Source: Protoeuglena noctilucae (taxonomy: Eukaryota). Taken from it: 64,000 nucleotides of DNA. Of the stretch, positions 1-12,497 are shown in pieces; position 1 is the stretch's first letter, and each line of letters begins with the position of its first letter. The notes below the pieces were generated by a model. It was not told the origin of the DNA and ran no database searches. It saw only the letters and a program-made list of their open reading frames with translations. Position numbers and translations under genes: made by a program. Where the stretch lies: positions 248,001-312,000 of the forward strand of contig OY253690.1 of assembly GCA_958009085.1 (NCBI GenBank), in the 5' to 3' direction.

Positions 1-2390
1 ATCGCTCCCCGGCCCGACGCTGCGGTGGGGACCCGCGCTTTGGCTGCGGCGCCGCCTCTGCCGCAGGAGATCGACACGTGTCACTCCGAGGCGGCAGACG
101 CGGAGGTGGAGGCCGAGACGTCGTCGGAGCTGATGGGGCTGATGGCGGAGGCGGGGGCCAAGTTCAGCGAGAGCGCCGTGCAGTGAGTGAAGATGGGGGC
201 GGGGTGCTTGTGGCATGGTACCCGCCACTGCATACAACTGCATATGGCAGCAACTGGTGCACCATACAAAGCGACTTCGACTTACGGCTGCTACCCTGTG
301 TAGCATCAGAAGCCTGTCGCATGCGTTTGCGCCCTCCCTGGCCCTGTCATCCTCACTGCACCTTCGTTCTTTGCCCAGTCGGATGCTCGACCACCCTCCG
401 CCGTACGATGTCCGCGCGAGTGACTCCATCCCTGAGGGGCAGCTCAACACGCTCCGTCGCGTCGTGGAGAAGGTGGAGGAGAAGCTTAAGAAGCGCATGA
501 ACATAGACGGGTGAGTGTCGGGTGTCGGGGGGACTTCTCGTGTTTGCTGGGTTCGCGTGTGGTGGCCGTGGCATCGCGTGCTTGGATGCGTGCCGCGCTG
601 ATGGGAGAAGCAGACACGTGTTACATGTGATAACCTACGGCCTGATGTCGCCCACGCGCACCCGCCTCCCGCATTGTCGCCTACCTTCCCACCTCACCCC
701 TCCCATCCCAACCCAACAGGCCCCTGCGATGGGCAGACCTTGAGGCCCGCCCAAACCTGTGGGACGCCATTGCTAAGGACCTGGAGCGCGAGGCGGGCCT
801 GGATCCCTTTCAGTTCATCAAGTTCCAAGCGCGCCGCGAGAGGCAAATGAACGTGGGCCTCATGCCCTTCCTGCATCTGGAGAGGTTAGCACAAGCGTTC
901 CCAGCTATCTCGGTGGGATGGATGGATCCCAAATCGCCTTTACTGCCACGAGGGTCGGCGTTCCTGTTTTGAAGCACCCGTCACTGCCGCTGAGGTGCTT
1001 TAGATATGGATCACAACTCACTCACGTCCCCGTCTGTCGCCACCCACCCATCCACACAGGAAGTCCTTCACGTCCTTCGGCCGGCACTTCACCAAGCCCG
1101 ACATGCTTATGAAAATCTGGTGAGGAACCAGATGTGTGCTGCCATGCTCTCAGTTTCGCAAGTGACACTCTCATCACATTTCTGGGCCGGAGAGAGTGGG
1201 CCACCCCGCCTGGCTGGCCGTTTCGTCACACGATGCGTTGCCTGATTGGGTTCCTGCATGTCGTCTCTGCCCCTCCCATCGCCAGTGCCCGTCCCGCCGC
1301 TCTCCTTGCCCCGTCGCTCGTCGTCGACCCCAACCCCATTGCCCAACCCCATCGCCCACGCGGCCCTCTCCCCCCAGCCACCGCGTCTGCAAGTACCTGC
1401 GCCCCGACGACGTCGTCGTCGACTTCTCGTGTGGCTTGAACGACTGGGTGCCGAAGATGATCGAGGAGTGCGGCAGGAGGGGCGTCCAGGTGTCCGGGAG
1501 GTCCTTTGACATCGTCACCACCGCCAACGCCGAGCCGTGGTTCTCGGTCAAGTCGTGGTTCGAGGTCAACGAGGTGAGGGAGCGAATGCTTGTAAGTTAT
1601 AGCATTACATATGGGAGGGTAGCAGGTATATGCGAGTCATGGTGTTGACCGTCACCGAAGAAGTAAGGAGAGCGGGCGCAACCCCAATCGCGGTCGCAAT
1701 GGCGGGCCACGGGTTTCGACGTTTGCCGCACGCAGCCAGCGCTCTCCCACTTCCCCGTCGATCCAATCCGCCGAGTGTGTTCCCCTCGCCTTCCCCGTCC
1801 CAGGACGACCTGCGCGTCCACGGAGACAACATGGTCGTGGGCCTCAACCCCCCCTTTGGCTCCGACACTCAGAACCTCGCCTCCCTCTTCGTGCTACGCG
1901 CCGCTCTCTTCCGCCCCCGCCTCATGATCCTCATCGTGCCCCCCAGCACCGTCGTGCCTGCCAAGGGCACATGGGTCAACCAGCCCGTGAAGCTGGGCGT
2001 CGTGAGGGACTCGTACTGGTGAGTTGGCACGAGCGACAGCGGTGACAGGCACATGTGTGGCAGTGCATGCGGCACCCGGCACCGTCTTTGCCATGCCCAC
2101 GCCTCGCCCTGACATCTTTACCCACGCCGTGCCTTTGCCCGTCATCGCACCAGCCAGGAGACCTGAGGGCATCTCGTGGTCAGCTCGCGCCGCCCCTGTG
2201 CCGCAGTGTGTTGGAGGAGGACGAAAAGATGCTGAGCGGCCCTGTCTTCTACAAGCCGGGGAGCAGCTTGGAATCCACGAACCGCATCCCGCCCCACTTC
2301 CGCATGCTCGTGAGGCAGGACTGGTACGGCCACTACGCCGCCCAGCGGAGGGAGGGGAGGGCAGCGAACGGCCGCGACCCGAGGCGATAG
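1..2390 (+). CDS. EDM2-like protein, C-terminal part with putative methyltransferase-like (NPPF) domain; multi-exon, 5' end outside window
   Basis: Spliced exons read PFLHLERKSFTSFGRHFTKPD, DDVVVDFSCGLNDW, MVVGLNPPFG, RPRLMILIVPPST and LSGPVFYKPGS. These match in order the remembered plant EDM2 motifs PFLHGMRYTSFGRHFTK, IVDFCCGSNDF, IMGLNPPFG, PKLLILIVPPET and LSGKSFYLPGS. Stop TAG at 2388-2390. Confidence 0.8.
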
Positions 2391-2479
2391 CGGGGATGAG
2401 TGAATGAGTGAATGGGCGAAGAGAGAGAGATAGGGACCAGAGATAATGCGTCGTTGGAAAAGCGGCTCCGCTCACGGCG

Positions 2480-3082
2480 GCGTTGAAGTACCGCGGATAA
2501 GGCCTGAGGCTTTGTATGCGGGGCTAGCACAGTCCCAGCTGACGCACCGGCCACGGCAGATTGCCTTGATGCGGGCGCAGTGCCCAGGGCGTCAACCGTG
2601 GACTGGCGCAGGTGTGCCGGAGGCTCGTCGCTCCTGTCGCGAAGGGGATCGTGCTGGTGACAGTGGCGTACTAGAGGTCCAGGAGTGTGTACACATGCAC
2701 TGCGCACGCTGGAGTCGGCGTCGGCGGAGCAAAGCAGGGACGCAGCTGGTGTTTGGGAGGCCGGAGGAGCTGAGCGGACCCGCTCGGGGCCGACAGCGAC
2801 GCGGTAGGTGAGACGGAGGCGCTTGGAGTTCGTGGTGGCGCGGATGAGCCGAGCAGACGCGCGCTGCAGCCCCACCCAATCATGGAGCACGGTAACGTTC
2901 GTGTCCCGTTCGACGCAGCGGGGTGTCGGAAGGGGCTGTCGGTGGCCATGTCGGCGGACGTAGATACGGAGGCGTCGTTAGAGGGGATGACCGTCGGTGA
3001 GGCGAGCACGGGAGGGCTGCGCTCCTGCGTTGGGAAGTGCAACCTTGCAGCGACATTTGGCGCGTCCCGCTGGGTCGCGCAG
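2480..3082 (+). repeat. Upstream flank of F-box-ankyrin copy A, homologous to 39030-39612
   Basis: Shared blocks include CGTGGACTGGCGCAGGTGTGCCGGAG, GGACCCGCTCGGGGCCG, GCGACGCGGTAGGTGAG and AGCCGAGCAGACGCGCG. Confidence 0.85.
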
Positions 3083-5211
3083 GGTGGAGCGACCTGCCCG
3101 GGGAGCTCCATCGCGAGATCCTGCGGCTGGTGCCCCTGCGAGACGCCACGGCGGCGCGGGGGGTGTCGCCGCAGATGCGCGACGAGGTGGACGAGGTGTG
3201 GAGGGCATGGGGCATCCGGGCCACGGCGGAGGACCAGATGGACGCTATCCGCGACAAATTTCGCTACGTGTATTTCGAACCTTCGACAGAGCTCGACTTG
3301 GCCCCGCTGGCGGTGTGGGTGTTCGAGGGGTCCCACGCGCATCACCTGGCGAGCCTGGGGCTGTGGTGGCTGGCCCTGCTGGTGGCGGAGGCGCCGGACA
3401 TCAACAACATCTCGTGGCAGGTGCCTAGTGACCGGCTCCCGGACCAGTCACCGCTGATGGTGGCGGTGCGGGCGCGTCGGCCGGTGGGGCGCGGGGCGGA
3501 TGGGAAGGTGCAGTGGGCGTACGCGCTGGGGGACGGGGAGGTGACGCGGGCGGTGCGGGTGGCGGTGGCGACGGGGGCGGATGTCAATCGGCGACTGGAT
3601 AGCGCGTGGCCGCTGATGACGTACTGCGCGGGGCGGGGGTGCCTGGAGGCAGTCAAGACATGCTTGGCAGCGGGGGCGCACGTGGATGCGCCTGGTGGCT
3701 CTTGCTACGACTGGAAAACAGCGCTGGTGCATGCCGCAAGAGGTGGCCACGAGGCAGTGGTGGAGGCGCTGCTGGAGGCGGGGGCATCGGCCAAGGTCGG
3801 GGAAGATGGCCGGGATCAGACGTTGGCAGCGGTGTGTGAGAATCATCCGACGCCGGGCATCGTGCGGCGGCTGGTGGAGGCGGGGGCGGACATCAACTCT
3901 CATGACTACGATGGGACTGCCCTCATTCATGCCGCAAGGTGTGGTAATGTGGCCGTGATGGAGGTGCTGGTGGAGCTGGGGGCCGACGTGGAAGGCACTG
4001 ACGGATGGGGGTGGACTGTGATGCGGTGGGCGGCGAACGGGGAGGTGGTGCGGTGGCTGGCTGCGCGAGGGTTTAGCATCCAGGGCGACGGGGGCCACAT
4101 GTCCCCACTCGGCTGGGCTTGCGATGATGGTCGGGTCGATGCCGTCCGCGCCCTGATCGAGCTGGGTGCGGACGTTGGCTACAGGGACATGGGGGGTTGG
4201 ACGCCTCTTCATCGTGCGATGATGTGCTCCTCCACAGACCAACAAAGGGTTGTGGAGATTATGCGGGTGCTGCTGACGGCAGGAGCGGACGTTAGAGCCG
4301 TTCAGCAGGACGGCAGGACGCCCCTGCACTGCGCCAAACATGCCGTGTGCGTGGATGTGTTGGTGGGCGCGGGGGCAGACCTGGAGGCACGGGACAGGGA
4401 GGGCCAGACGCCTTTCCATCACGTGTTGCAGCTTCCGGACAGTGATGAAGCACTGGTTGTCATGTCGGCTTTGGTGGCAGCGGGGGCAAACCTCAACGCT
4501 GCCGATGGGAGCGGCCGGACGCCCCTGCACAGCGTCAGGCACGCGGCGTGCGTGGACGTGCTGGTGGGGGCCGGGGCAGACCTGGAAGCGCGGGATGTGG
4601 AGGGCCAGACGCCTCTCCACTATGCGGTGAGACTCCGCAGCTGGGACCCGCTAACATTACCAGCACTGCATCTGACGAGGGCTCTGCTGGCGGCAGGAGC
4701 GGACGTTCATGCCGTCGACAATCGGGGCCGGGCGCCCCTGCACTGCGTCGCGCACGCGGGGTGCGTGGACGTGCTGGTGGACGCGGGGGCGGATCTGCAG
4801 TCGCGGGATAGGGAGGGCAAGATGCCTCTCCATGAGATTGCGCACCTTAAGTTAGGGTATGCGGACAGGGTAATGCGAGAGATGCTGGCAGCGGGGGCAG
4901 ACATCCACGCCGTTGACAGTCGGGGCCAGACGCCTCTGCATTGCGTCGAACACGCCGCGTGCGTGGACCTGTTGGTAGACGCCGGGGCAGACCTGGAGGC
5001 GCGGGATGGGGATGGCAGTACCCCGATTTATGCGGTTGTCGCTAAACCGGTTGAGATCGATGAAGAGTACGGGCCAATGCCGCTGACAGAGGTCGTGCTG
5101 CGGCTGGCCGACCTGGGTGCCGATCTGGTCAACACGGGCGGGGAGCCGGGGCTGGTGATGCGCAGGGTGGAGGAGCTGCGGGCCGAGCGCAGACCCAACC
5201 ATGCCGACTGA
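2987..5211 (+). CDS. F-box plus ankyrin-repeat protein, copy A (exons 2987-2996 and 3083-5211; in-frame upstream ATGs at 2948 and 2882 are possible)
   Basis: Splicing GTGAGG..CGCAG gives MTVG-WSDLPGELHREILRLVPLRDATAARGVSPQMRDEVDEVW, an F-box consensus. It is followed by many GxTPLH..LLxAGAD ankyrin repeats. Confidence 0.9.
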
Positions 5212-5269
5212 CCCGGCGGGGAAAGCGGCAGCGGGGCACACAGGTGAGGGAGCAGACCGCGGGTGGTCG

Positions 5270-5690
5270 CTGGGCAGGTCGCCTGTGCTGCAGCCGTGGT
5301 ATTGTCATAGCGTCGAGTGACTGGCGGCCAGGTAGATAGGCCATGGGCTGGCTGATGCCGTGCATATGGTTTGACGTGGCAGGCCGGCGTTTGTGGAAGG
5401 CACCCCCCCGCTCGGTTGTGGGCCGCAGAATGGTGGGGAGTGAGGCGGGCGTGTGTGCACTGCGCGATGTGACGGGGGAGTGGCGGTGGATCAAGGGAGA
5501 AGGCCGTACCGCGGGTACTGTGTAGCACTGAGCTGCCTCATCTGCATTTCCAAGCCGGAGGACTGGGGCCGCTGAGAGCGGTTGTGGGATTGGTGGCTGA
5601 AGCAGGCGGAGTACGCGGGTGTAGAGCTAGCGAGTGGGAATGATGCAGGAAACGATCCACGAGCGAGTGTGTCGCCGTCATGCAGATGCA
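5270..5690 (+). repeat. Downstream flank of F-box-ankyrin copy A, homologous to 38550-38977
   Basis: Shared blocks include GCAGCCGTGGTAT, ACTGGCGGCCAG, GATAGGCCATGGGCT, CAAGCCGGAGGACTGGGG and CTGAAGCAGGCGGAG. Confidence 0.85.
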
Positions 5691-6146
5691 TGGCTGTGGA
5701 GGGGTCAGCGACGAATGAATGCACGTTGCAAACGCGCCAGTGATAAATCCTGGGCATAGCATTATCACAGTGCCGCAGTGGTGGTGTGGTTCAGTGCCGG
5801 CCGATCTCGAATCTCGCCGTGCTTCCTCCGGCCCATTGACTGTCGACCTCTCTTTCAAAGACTTAAGATACCCCGGACACCAATCCGGTGCCCATTGCCG
5901 CACATCATCAAGAGCAGCTCTTACGACGAACCTCCCTCCCCAGTATGGTTCACCACTGCTACTGACCCCTTGCTCCCTGTCGCCTCTCGTGCCCCTGTCC
6001 CTCCCTCCCCCGTCCCCTCCCCCTCACTCCCCTCTCACTCTCTCTCTGTCGATCGCTCCCCTCTCCCTCCCCTCCCCTCTCACACCCTCCCTCTCACACC
6101 CTCCCTCTCACTCCCTCCCCTCTCACTCCCTCCCCTCCCCATCCCC

Positions 6147-9100
6147 TCACTTGCTCCGCACCTTCTTGGCCGGCCTCTCCCTCTCCCGCCTCATCTCCTG
6201 CTCCTGAGCAGCAGCAGCCGCCGCCTGTTGCTCCGCCAGCCACTTCGCATACAGCGCCACAGACAGATCCTTGGTCCGTCCCTCCTTCCCCAGAGCCTCT
6301 GCCACTTTGGTAAGGGCACCCTGCACGCGCTGGGGGTCCTGGGCATAGTCCCTGGGAGGGGTGGGGGTTGGGGTGAGGGGTGAGGGGAGAGGTGAGGGTG
6401 GAGATTGGCGTACTCCATAAACATGCATGGCATTGGGATGACAGTCCATGCACTTCAAAAGCATGCCATCATCCCCCAGTAAACATGGGCCCTCATTGCC
6501 CCCCCCGCACATTGTCACTTGTCCAAGACAGCTCCACATACAACCCCCCATCCCTCACTTGTCCAGCAGCTCCACGTACACCGCCGATCTCCCCCACCGC
6601 GTCTCTGTCTTGACGCGGCCCACGTTGGCAGAGCGCGCCGCATTGAGCACCGAGGACGCTGCGGGAATGGGACGCGGATGCATGGCATAGTTAGAAAGGA
6701 AGATGGAGAGGGGTTGCTAAGGAATATGAGAGACAGGGTCACGGGACAAAGTGAACCCCCATGGACAGCTAGGGGCTGTCGTCACGCATGCATAGGGCAC
6801 CGCCATCACTACCATCGCCCCCCTCCACCTCTCCTCACCTGTCACCCCCATGTCACTGTCCATGCTCGCCCCCTTGTACACCACCAGCACGTTGGTGCGC
6901 GCCGACCCAAGGGGGCTGTCCCCATCGATGCTCCAATAGGCCAGGTCCACGCCAGCCGCGTTGTAGCGGTTGCGGTAACCTGAAAGGCAGACAGACGCGG
7001 GGTGTCGTGGCAGTTGCGGTAACCTGACGGGCCAACAGATACAGTGGGGTGGCATGAGCAGACGCCAGCGCAGGGTCACATGAGCATGCAGCATGCACCC
7101 CCACCACCCCTCTCTACCCCAACACCACCCTCACCCTCCATCATCCCCCGCATGCACACCCCACACCCCAGTAATCTCTCACCCTCCACCACCCCTATCA
7201 TACACACCACCACCACCCCTCACCCTCCACCACACCATCATGCACCCCCACCACCCCACACCCTCATGTTACCCCACCCCCTCTACCCCACTCCACCACC
7301 CCCCCACACCCTCATGTTACCCCACCCCCTCTACCCCACTCCACCACCCCCCCTCACCCTCATGTTACCCCACCCCCCCTACCCCACTCCACCACCCCCC
7401 CTCACCCTCATGTTACCCCACCACCCCCCCAACCCACCCATCCCACCCCCTCACCCTCGACCGCCTCGAGCCCCGGCGCCCTCCCCATCCCCTCCATCGC
7501 CCTCTCCACGCCCATCGGCCCCTCCGCCGCCATCCCCTTGGCCTGCGCCACCCGCAGCAGCGCCCCAAACACCGCCCCGGTCATCCACGCATCGTACCCC
7601 GCCTCATGGGCCAGCCCCGCGCCCTCTACCCCCGCATATCGCCCGAAGCCCTCGGCGTGCCTGACCCTGGGTAGCGTCCAAGGCTGGGGAAGGTCGCTGT
7701 GATCAGTGGTGGTGTCGCCGGCCTTGTCGCCTGTCTTGTCCCCTGCATTGCTCTCCTTTGCTCCGTGCACCAAGTCGCGGAGATAGGCGTCTACGGCAGC
7801 GGATGCGGGGCCGGAGCGCTCCACTGCAGGGGGATGGGGTGGGGTGGGGTTCAGGGGTGGGGGTGAAGTGATGCGTGGGGCACATGGGCGTGGGGGTGAC
7901 TGACGGAGAGGGACAGAGCGAAAAAGGGGGCCATGGATGAGAAGCAGTCAGTGTTGAGATCACGACAGATCTTTGCATGCATTGACAGCTGCCAACCTCT
8001 TCACCAGCCAACCCACCCCACCCCTCCCCTCTCCTCACCCAGTGCCGTGTACACCGTCCCTCCCATCTCCTTACCAACTCCCCACTACCCCACCCCCCTT
8101 CCCATCTCTCACCATACAAGTCTGCCCAATTCCCCCTTCCCCACCCCATCCCACCCCTTCTCACCCAGTGCCCTGTACCCACTACCCACCCCACCCCACC
8201 CCACCCCACCCCACCCATCTCTCATCTCTCACCCAACGCCATCTTCACAGTTCCCATTCCCCACACTACCCCACCCCACCCCACCCCACCCCACCCATCT
8301 CTCATCTCTCACCCAACGCCGTGTACACCGTCCCCAGCGCCGTGTCCCCCTGGAACACCTCAAAGGGCAATCCCCTGGCAATCAGCTTGGTATCGTACAC
8401 CCCCCCCGGCAGCCACTCCCTCATCAGAGCACAGAAGGCGGGCCAGGTGGGGGGCAGGGGCGCGATGAACTGAGAGGTGAGGAAAAGGAGGTCCAGGCCC
8501 ATGTTGTGGCCGATGAGGGGCACGCGGCTATCGCGCAGGACCTCCATGACGGCACTGAAGCCCATGAGGTCGTGGACGGCCTGGACAGATGCCGCGCGGG
8601 ACGTCTGCTTGCGGGACTGCACCTCGGACGCTGGGGTGGGGGGGGGGATGGGGACGATTGGGGCTGGGGTGGGGTGAAGTGGTGTGGGAGGGGAGGGAAC
8701 AGGGGCGCATCTGCTTTGCGACCAGGGTTGCTAATGCGCTTGCGGGCAAGGCAGGTGAAGGGGGCTAAGAAACCACGGTCAATCATCGTGAACATGACTG
8801 TCCCCACCGCAACCCCTCTCAGTCATCGCAGTCTACACTCTACTAAACATCACAGCCCCATCAACCCCCCAACACCCTCCCCCCCCCCCTCACCCGTGAC
8901 CCTCTCGAGCCTCAGCCCCACCCAGGACCCCCTCTCCTGCTCCACTTTGTCCCACCACAGGGAGTGCGCCTCCGGTCCCTTGTCCTTCTGCCTCTCTTGG
9001 ATAGTCGCCAGCTCATAGTACAGCACCTTTCGCAGAAAGGCGTTCATGGGGGCGATGTCTAAGGGAGCCACGTCACCCTCAGTTGCCAGCCATGCTTCGA

Positions 9101-10834
9101 CCTTGGCCACATGCTCGTCGCGCCACTTGGTTGCGTCCTCGTTCTGGGAGATAAGTGAAGGGATTCAAAATGATGGTCGGAGATAGGAAGGGCGATGGAT
9201 GACGTTGACAACGACAGCGGTGGTGGTGACGGTTGTTGCAGCGGCGAGGGGAATCTGTCAATCACTGTGGTCGATAGATTGGGATGTGCATGGGCACTCC
9301 TCCTCCGCCCTCTCCGCACACGCTCCACGGTCCACTCATAAGTCACCAGCCCCATCACATTTCACAAATCCACTCACCAGTCACCAAGCCCGATAACAAT
9401 CCCATATGCTTCCCCACACAGATAGCAACAGATCCCCTCACCAGCGCCGGGCACTCCTCCTCAACCCTCTCTCAATCACATTCCCGCACATCTTAACACA
9501 TTCAAAACCACATCCACATTCGAATCCCCTCACCAACGCCGGGCACTCCTCCTCGGCCCTCTCGGCCAGCCTCTGCAGCAGCGCCGACCGCGATGACAGG
9601 GGCGCGAAGGGCACCCCGTGGTATACCCACTTGTTGAAGTCGAAGCTGCACGAGGCCAGGAAGTGCAGGCTGCCGGGGTCGCAGAGGAAGAAGCGGGGGG
9701 GGGAGCCGTCGCGGGGCTGGGCGGGGAGTTGAGGGGGGGAGTATATTAGAGGAGCAGGTGGGCGGGGCTCAGGGGGGCTGTGTTGGGGGGGGGAGTAGAA
9801 TAAAAGGAGCGGGGGGGGGGGAACGTCGCGGGGCTGCATTGCATGGGGGGGAGGGAGGGTGAAAGGCAGGGGAGGTGGGGGGAAGGGTAGGAATTGAGAG
9901 GGGGGGTGGAGGGGGGTGTAGAATGGAAGACGCGGGCGGGGGGGGGCTGAGGGGGTAGTGAGTAGAATGGAAGGAGCGGGGGGGCCTGGCTAAGGGGGGG
10001 AGGGGGTGGGGGGAGGAGTTGAAGGAGGGTGTGTGGGTACCGAGTCATGCAGTGAGGGTGTGAGGGAGGGGTGACGACGAAGTTTCAGCTGACACAACGC
10101 CCCATCCGTGCAGTCGTCACTCCCCATCCTTTACCTCAAGCGGCATGTCACCCCCCCAAACCATGCACACGTCACGTCACTCTCCCATGCATCCCTCACC
10201 TCGGGCGGCATGACGTAGAAGTTGAAGGTGTGGGCCACGTAGCACCCGGGGCTTTCCACGGTGGGCCCTTCCTCCCACTGAAACACCGACACGCCGATCT
10301 GGTGCGCCAGAAACTTCTCCACGCTGGCCCTCTGCAAACGGCGGCGGTGCATGGGAGATGGGCGCACCCGCTAGTCCCGCTAGGCACGCTGGTGCAGCTA
10401 TGAGCGTGGTCCTTTCATGCACGCCACGTGCATTCGAATCACACGCTGAGACAGAAACGAAGGCGACTCAGCAAAGGCAGCGGCATGTGCCCAAAGGGCA
10501 TATGCACGACGCGTGTTCCGATGAAGTCACTCGCCTGGGCGGCGTATCGGTCCTCGGCCGTGTCCCACCAGCTGTTGATGTTGTCGGGGCCGAAGAGACC
10601 CGTCATCTCGCAGTCGATGGCCACGAACTGCGCGTCGTTCAGGCAGTCCCTGCGGACAGGCGATTGCACTTGCACGTTGAGAAAGCCCGTTGTGGGTGAA
10701 AGTCACGTCGATCGCGCATGCTGCACGCTCGCGACCTGCAGGACACTTCCAGAGATACACACGCACGCAGCGCCGGGCGCCGCTCGCCGGAGGGCGGAGA
10801 GCATCCGCGGGAAATTCTCCTTGGTGACCTCCAT
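6147..10834 (-). CDS. PARN: Poly(A)-specific ribonuclease (CAF1/DEDD family), multi-exon
   Basis: MEVTKENF..FVAIDCEMTGLF, with D28/E30 in the same register as human PARN when the GC donor at 10787 is used. Also FDFNKWVYHGVPF, R3H-like MNAFLRKVLYYEL, LIGHNMGLDL, YDTK, HEAGYDAWMTG and a C-terminal RRM-like region. Confidence 0.92.
7261..7424. repeat. Intronic minisatellite, about 3.4 copies of a 48-nt unit
   Basis: The unit CCCTCATGTTACCCCACCCC..CTACCCCACTCCACCACCCCCC starts at 7261, 7309, 7357 and 7405. Confidence 0.9.
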
Positions 10835-11585
10835 GCTGAAAACGTCGCCGTTGGGACGCGGAGAGGCCGCGCCCATCTCGTACGAGTCGCGCCAGCGATC
10901 GATGATGCTGTCGTACGAACGCTGCGGTTGGCGGAAGAGGCTGAAAGTCGCCCAGGGCCCGCGGGCAGGTTCGAACACGAGTGGCGCGCTCACGGTGCCG
11001 CTCGCGCGCTCACCACGGACTCCAGGCTCGCCAGAAGCGCAGCAGTCTCAGTCTCCATCGAGTCCGTCCCGTTCCCGTTCCCCCGCCGGCGATCGCCCAG
11101 CTGCGGGGTTCCCATCCTGGCCGCCAGCCTGGGAGGGCCTCGGGGCAATTGGGAGCGGCGGTGTATTGGCGCGACGCCTGGCCTGCCTGCAGCAGACAGG
11201 GCAGCTAGCATTCAAGTGCTGCGCAAGGGATCGGCACGACACGAGCACGCTCAGCGAGCTCGGAGCGGCAGGCGAGAGTCGCAGTCAACGGCACGATGTG
11301 TGTGTGAGTCAAGGCTGGATGTAAGCGCCGTGAGTTCTCCTGCGGACTCCAGCCCCTCTGTGCAGCCGTCAGCCCTTCGACACAGGGTCGACGTGTCAAG
11401 CAACAGGGCCGCCAGTACTCCGTGGCGCTCTCCAACACCATCCTCATTCAAGGTCTGAGCTGCCGGCCTGTGACTGCCACGGGCGTCCAGCTGCACTATC
11501 GGGCCATACCAGCCCTCACTACCTAACCCTACGGGAGCGCGTCACCCACACCAGACTGGTCATGTATGGGTCGCCCCACGTAGCG

Positions 11586-12497
11586 CTACGCCCGCGCCTG
11601 GGCCTGTGGCTGTGCGCCCGGCTCGCTGCCAGCTTCTGCCGTCGTCCCCCCCGCAAGCTTCTCCAACTCCTTGTTCCAGTCTGTCTGAAATACCCACGGC
11701 TGCTTCCCCGCCAACGCCACCCGCCACAGCGGCTCGTTCTTGATGCTCCCGACCTTCACCTGCAGCTTCTTCCGCATCTCCCACACCTCCACGAACCCCT
11801 TGTCTCGCTGCGGGGCAGGGGATGGACGGGTGGGCCGCATGAGCAGGGTTCCCGTGAAGCGACGTAACCAAAAAGCGTACACTGCGGCGCGTAGCGGGTC
11901 CCGAGTCGCTCACAACGTCATGTACTAACGCTCACCTTGCTCACAGCCTCGTCAAACTTCTCCAGCGAGCCGACCTTGCTCCACGGCAACCGCCCCAAAC
12001 TCAGCTCGGGCCCGTGGACGGGCGTCACGCGCTTGAAACCCCTCCTGAGCGGGAAGCGGTAGCTTACCACTCGCATGGTGTCAAGCGAACAACGGCCTGG
12101 CGAACGGCTGGAGCACGGCGAAGCCGCGCCTGGTCGCCACGCCGTTCGGTCCCGCCGCGGGCGCACGCGACGGCGCGGCTCACCTGACGTTCCACAGCCG
12201 AAAAGCGTACACATCCCCGTGCTTGCCATCGCTCCCCGGCCTCACGTTCGCCACGAGGTAGCGCACGCTGCGGGACACGGGCGCGGCATCGGCTCGTGCC
12301 GCTCGTGGAGCGCTCGAGGTCCCCCGACAGGCGAGCGCTATCGATCGACTGGACATACAGCGCTCAGTGACGCACGCCGCGCCTGACGCGACCGCTCACT
12401 TGGGCGAGTGCCGGACGCACTCCACGAGCTCCCCCACGCCGTAGTTCGGCAGGCCCCTGAGGAGGGGTATCAGCCTCTTGGGCGCGGCCTCTGCCAT
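11586..12497 (-). CDS. Mitochondrial ribosomal protein mS34-like, multi-exon
   Basis: The spliced N-terminus LLRGLPNYGVGELVECVRHSPNVRYLVANVRPGSDGKHGDVYAFRLW resembles remembered plant mS34 LPNWGIG..YQITKINLYKDGRHGKAWG. Internal exon limits are tentative. Confidence 0.62.

Noticed and set aside
3448..4620. Long antisense ORFs opposite the ankyrin, DED1 and WD40 exons
   Set aside because: These are antisense shadows caused by GC3-biased codon use and contain no recognisable domains.
2480..5690. Transposon or Helitron carrying the F-box-ankyrin gene
   Set aside because: No transposase, terminal inverted repeats, target-site duplication or convincing hairpin-CTRR end was identified.
7261..7424. 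CRISPR-like array
   Set aside because: These are contiguous 48-nt tandem units with no unique spacers, in a eukaryotic intron with no cas genes.
7044..9018. Pro/His-rich extensin-like ORFs
   Set aside because: They are translations of C-rich low-complexity PARN introns on the opposite strand.
11520..11532. Telomeric or telomerase-template-like CTAACCCT
   Set aside because: It is a single short match with no array or supporting structure.
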